Shown here one piece after another: positions 60,790-64,000 of a DNA stretch of 64,000 nucleotides. The notes under the pieces are model-generated. The model was not told where the DNA came from and searched no databases. It saw only the letters and a list, made by a program, of their open reading frames with translations. Positions within the stretch are counted from its first letter, which is position 1. Every line of letters starts with the position of its first letter. The stretch is from an uncultured Bacteroidales bacterium (GTDB taxonomy: Bacteria; Bacteroidota; Bacteroidia; Bacteroidales; VadinHA17): the NCBI GenBank assembly GCA_963825935.1, contig CAWGUN010000010.1, positions 135,752 to 199,751 on the forward strand, given 5' to 3'. The position numbers and the translations under genes were made by a program.

Positions 60790-61629
60790 ATGAAAACAAT
60801 ACTTAAAGGCAGGGCCAGTGAAATAATTATTGATTCCAATGGGCCGGTTGTTATCATCGGTGAAAGCATAAATCCGACAAGAAGAAAAAAACTGGTTTCT
60901 ACTTTACAGGAAGGTAATTTTGAATATGTTCTTGAACTTGCTGAGAGCCAGATCAAAGCCGGTGCAGATGTTCTTGATGTGAATGTCGGGTTCCCGGGAG
61001 TTGATGATGTGAAGCTGCTTCCGGAAACGGTTAAAGCCATCCAGGATAAATTCGATATTCCTCTCTGTCTCGATTCACCTAATCCTCTGGCAATTGAAGC
61101 GGCACTTAAGGTTGCAGCAGGCAAATGCCTTATTAATTCTGTAAATGGTGAAGAGAAATCTTTGAGTGCACTTCTTCCCATTGCAAAAGAATATGGTGCA
61201 GCAATTATCGGGTTGTGCATGGATGATGACGGGATCACCCACGATCCTGAAAAACGACTTGCAATAGCAGTAAAGATAATTGAAAGAGCAGTAAATTACG
61301 GAATTAAAGCTGAAGATGTGATAATTGATCCTCTGGCAATGGCTGTAAGCGCCGATCCTGCTGCCTGTCTGGTAACCCTTGAAACTATCAGGCTTGTCCA
61401 TCAGAAACTGGGTCACAATATAACCCAGGGTGCAAGCAATATTTCTTTTGGACTGCCTGACAGAGAATCGTTGAATTCAGCTTATATGGCAATAGCGATT
61501 TATAACGGACTTACCTGCCCCATAGCTAATCCGGAAAAGATTACTTCAATGGTACGTGCAGCAGACCTTGTTTTAGGAAGAGATGATTTTGCTGTCAGAT
61601 TTGTCGAATTTTTCCAGAGCCATCATTAA
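60790..61629 (+). CDS. Pterin-binding methyltetrahydrofolate:corrinoid methyltransferase (AcsE/MetH folate domain-like)
   Basis: IIGESINPT, GADVLDVNVG, PLCLDS, LINSVNGE, IIDPL, GASNISFGLP. Confidence 0.88.
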   Translation: MKTILKGRASEIIIDSNGPVVIIGESINPTRRKKLVSTLQEGNFEYVLELAESQIKAGADVLDVNVGFPGVDDVKLLPETVKAIQDKFDIPLCLDSPNPLAIEAALKVAAGKCLINSVNGEEKSLSALLPIAKEYGAAIIGLCMDDDGITHDPEKRLAIAVKIIERAVNYGIKAEDVIIDPLAMAVSADPAACLVTLETIRLVHQKLGHNITQGASNISFGLPDRESLNSAYMAIAIYNGLTCPIANPEKITSMVRAADLVLGRDDFAVRFVEFFQSHH

Positions 61630-61662
61630 TTGATCATTATATTTTTAACATAGTATTACCAG

Positions 61663-63126
61663 ATGTCGCGTTATAAACCTGCCCGCAGATGGCAGCCTGC
61701 TTTTTATCCGTTTAAGAAAGAAAAATTTACAAAGAGACTTCTTGCCAGAACAGAACTCTGTGTAAAAGGCCCTCTGTATGGTTGCAGGATGTGCGGAAAC
61801 TGCCTGTTGCAGGAGACCGCTTTTATATGTCCTATGGAATGCCCGAAAGGCATGAGAAACGGACCATGCGGCGGAGTCAGACCAGATAAACAATGTTATG
61901 TCGACGAAACCAGAAAATGTGTATGGATTGCAATTTATGAGAGATCCCTGAAAACCGGAAGGGAAGAAAAACTGCTTGAAGTCCTTCCTCCGCTTGACTG
62001 GAATAAAGTGGGAACAGAGACCTGGGGCGATGTTGTAAGGCAGGTATGGAAAATCGGAACGGGGAAATTTATTAAAGGATATTTCTCAAAAGATAAGGTT
62101 AGAAAATCCGGGATATGGGAAAGTGTTTTCAGGACAATCCGTCAGCCCGACTGGTGGAACGGTGATCCGGAATATCATCCACCTGCTTATTCAGAGCCTG
62201 TCACAAAATTTGAAGCACAGCTGCGCAGCGGTAAATTTGTTGTCGCCACAGAGGTGACACCACCCTTAAGTGCAAACACTGCGAGACTCATAAATGATAT
62301 AGAGCTTGTTAAACCTTGGGTGACAGCAATTAATTTTACTGATTCTTCTTCGGCCCGTCCGAGAATGTCAAGTCTTGCATGTTGCAATACAGCACATAAT
62401 CTGAATACTGAGCCTGTTCTTCAGATCGCAGCGCGTGACACAACGCGGACCGGGCTCCAATCGCAGGTTATCGGAATTAACAGCCTGGGAATAAGAAATG
62501 TTCTCTGTGTTACTGGCGATAATCCCAGAGTAGGACCCGCTCCGACCAGCGATATGAATTTTGTTGATATCGATTCGGTCCAGATGCTTTGGATCCTGCG
62601 GAAAATGAGAGATGAAGGCATATATCTGGATGGCAGAAAAATTAAAGATCCGCCTAAGTTTTTCCTGGGGGCTGCCACTTCACCATTTGCATCCGATCCT
62701 GTATTACAGGCAATCAGGGACCAGAAAAAAGTAAATGCCGGTGCCCAGTTTTTCCAGACAAATCTTGTCTTTGAACCTGAAAAGCTTGATCCATGGCTTG
62801 AGCAACTCGATAAAAGAAATGTTCTGGATAAAGTTCATATTCTTTTAGGGGTAGGACCTGTAAAAAGCTTCAGGCTGGCACAATATCTTAATACAAAAGT
62901 GCCCGGAGTAAAGCTGCCGGAAAAAATAATGATGCGGTTGGAAAAAGCCGGCGAAAAGGCACCCGAAGAAGGAGTACAGATAGCACTTGAAATAATTGAT
63001 GCAATAAAAAATAAAAAAGGGATTAACGGCTTACATCTGATGACACTGGGATGGGAATCAATAGTGGAAAGAATTGTTAAAGAATGCGGGAGTTTACCCC
63101 CCAACCCCCCTGAAGGGGGGCTATAA
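61663..63126 (+). CDS. metF: Methylenetetrahydrofolate reductase with a fused N-terminal Cys-rich MetV-like domain
   Basis: CRMCGNC...CPMECPKGMRNGPCGG...CVW; EVTPP, INFTD, QIAARD, LCVTGD, KKVNAGAQFFQT, GLHLM. Confidence 0.88.
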   Translation: MSRYKPARRWQPAFYPFKKEKFTKRLLARTELCVKGPLYGCRMCGNCLLQETAFICPMECPKGMRNGPCGGVRPDKQCYVDETRKCVWIAIYERSLKTGREEKLLEVLPPLDWNKVGTETWGDVVRQVWKIGTGKFIKGYFSKDKVRKSGIWESVFRTIRQPDWWNGDPEYHPPAYSEPVTKFEAQLRSGKFVVATEVTPPLSANTARLINDIELVKPWVTAINFTDSSSARPRMSSLACCNTAHNLNTEPVLQIAARDTTRTGLQSQVIGINSLGIRNVLCVTGDNPRVGPAPTSDMNFVDIDSVQMLWILRKMRDEGIYLDGRKIKDPPKFFLGAATSPFASDPVLQAIRDQKKVNAGAQFFQTNLVFEPEKLDPWLEQLDKRNVLDKVHILLGVGPVKSFRLAQYLNTKVPGVKLPEKIMMRLEKAGEKAPEEGVQIALEIIDAIKNKKGINGLHLMTLGWESIVERIVKECGSLPPNPPEGGL

Positions 63127-63190
63127 ACCCTATAGGATCTTAATTGGATTTTGTTATGGTTTTAACCCCCCTTTAGGGGGGCAGGGGGGT
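63096..63190. repeat. Paired palindromic element family D overlapping the metF stop codon
   Basis: ACCCCCCAACCCCCCTGAAGGGGGG ... CCCCCCTTTAGGGGGGCAGGGGGGT; left arm encodes the final LPPNPPEGGL*. Confidence 0.8.
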
Positions 63191-63239
63191 CATACAAAAA
63201 GGATTGGTATTTTAATAAGCGATTGAGAACTTGAAAGTT

Positions 63240-63932
63240 ATGACAGATAAAACTTTTCAATTTGATTTTAATAATCTGAATCTTAGTGTTTCTCAGATTG
63301 AAAGTGTTATGGGTTACAGGGAGGGAGAATCACAGGAGACAATTTCGGAACTCATCTCCGACGCATTGAAGGAAGCTGAGGAGATTTGCAGGATTAAAGC
63401 TGAGTACAGGATATTCAGCAATATTGAATTAAATGATTCTGAAAAGAGTGTAAAAATTAATGACCTGGTATTCAACATAAAAAAGATTGTTTATGGTCAG
63501 ATTAAGAGATCAGGTTCTCTGGCTCTGTTCCTTTGTACTGCAGGAGAAGAGATAGGTGTCAGGAGCCGTAATGCAATGAAAGATGGAGATCTCCTGAAAG
63601 GCTATATTTATGATGTTATCGGAAGTGAAATTGTTGAAGCGGCAGCTGATCTGATGCAGAATGACCTTGAAGAATATATGTCAGCTTCCGGAAGAAAAAT
63701 TACAAACCGCTTCAGCCCAGGATACTGCGGATGGGATGTTGCCGAGCAGCATAAATTATTCACGCTGATGGATGATAATTTTTGCGGGATCCGGTTAAAT
63801 TCATCGGCACTAATGGATCCAGTGAAATCGGTAAGCGGATTAATTGGGATCGGGGAAAATGTGAAAAGGCTTCCGTATACCTGTGACTTTTGTGACCTTA
63901 AAGATTGTATCTATCGGAGAAAAAGGGCTTAG
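63240..63932 (+). CDS. Stand-alone B12-dependent methionine synthase activation-domain protein
   Basis: ALFLCTAG, DVIGSEIVEAAAD, RFSPGYCGW, MDPVKSVSGLIG, C-terminal CDFCDLKDCIYR. Confidence 0.88.
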   Translation: MTDKTFQFDFNNLNLSVSQIESVMGYREGESQETISELISDALKEAEEICRIKAEYRIFSNIELNDSEKSVKINDLVFNIKKIVYGQIKRSGSLALFLCTAGEEIGVRSRNAMKDGDLLKGYIYDVIGSEIVEAAADLMQNDLEEYMSASGRKITNRFSPGYCGWDVAEQHKLFTLMDDNFCGIRLNSSALMDPVKSVSGLIGIGENVKRLPYTCDFCDLKDCIYRRKRA

Positions 63933-64000
63933 CGCAAAGGCGCAAAGGGTAAAAAATATTAATAATAAAATTTTTAGTAGAATGAAACAAAAATCCAAAA

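Noticed and set aside
238-63104. Numerous 60-200 aa ORFs antisense to or nested in the called genes
   Set aside because: Shadow ORFs lacking motifs and fully overlapping well-supported CDSs
59910-63932. Wood-Ljungdahl (acs) gene cluster
   Set aside because: No acsA/B/C/D in the window; the corrinoid protein is the DxHxxG MtbC/MetH type, not CFeSP

Overview
64-kb chromosomal window from an anaerobic Bacteroidota (Bacteroidales-like) genome. The assignment rests on a SusC/SusD pair, TAnnTTTG -7 promoter boxes and many lipoprotein/Tat signal peptides. About 50 CDSs are present; I saw no rRNA, tRNA, CRISPR array, integrase or transposase. Main blocks: (1) Tat-exported oxidoreductase/isomerase and quinol-dependent NO reductase; (2) TPR-PP2C phosphatase divergent from a three-gene operon of an RxxxxH (HEPN-like) protein, a membrane-anchored nSTAND1-type NTPase with WD40 repeats, and a TPR/beta-barrel outer-membrane protein; (3) MacAB-TolC-type efflux operon behind a symmetric divergent promoter with 11-bp-phased TTAAG arrays; (4) duplicated-domain lipoprotein, giant M28 peptidase, MgtA, VIT1 and flavodiiron protein; (5) two tandem radical SAM paralogues with a ceramide-synthase-like GNAT and a divergent SDR; (6) GH172/GH116, prolyl oligopeptidase and lipid-remodelling genes; (7) SusCD followed by a corrinoid/folate methyl-transfer cluster that runs off the right edge. 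Two genes (GH116, prolyl oligopeptidase) carry +1 frameshifts. Intergenic DNA holds at least four palindromic REP-like families, an 8-bp tandem array, and a 171-bp direct duplication of a gene 3' end around a nested hairpin. The best candidate for an undescribed system is the HEPN-like/nSTAND1-TM-WD40/OM-barrel operon at 10655-15735. All product calls come from motif recognition by eye; no database search was run.
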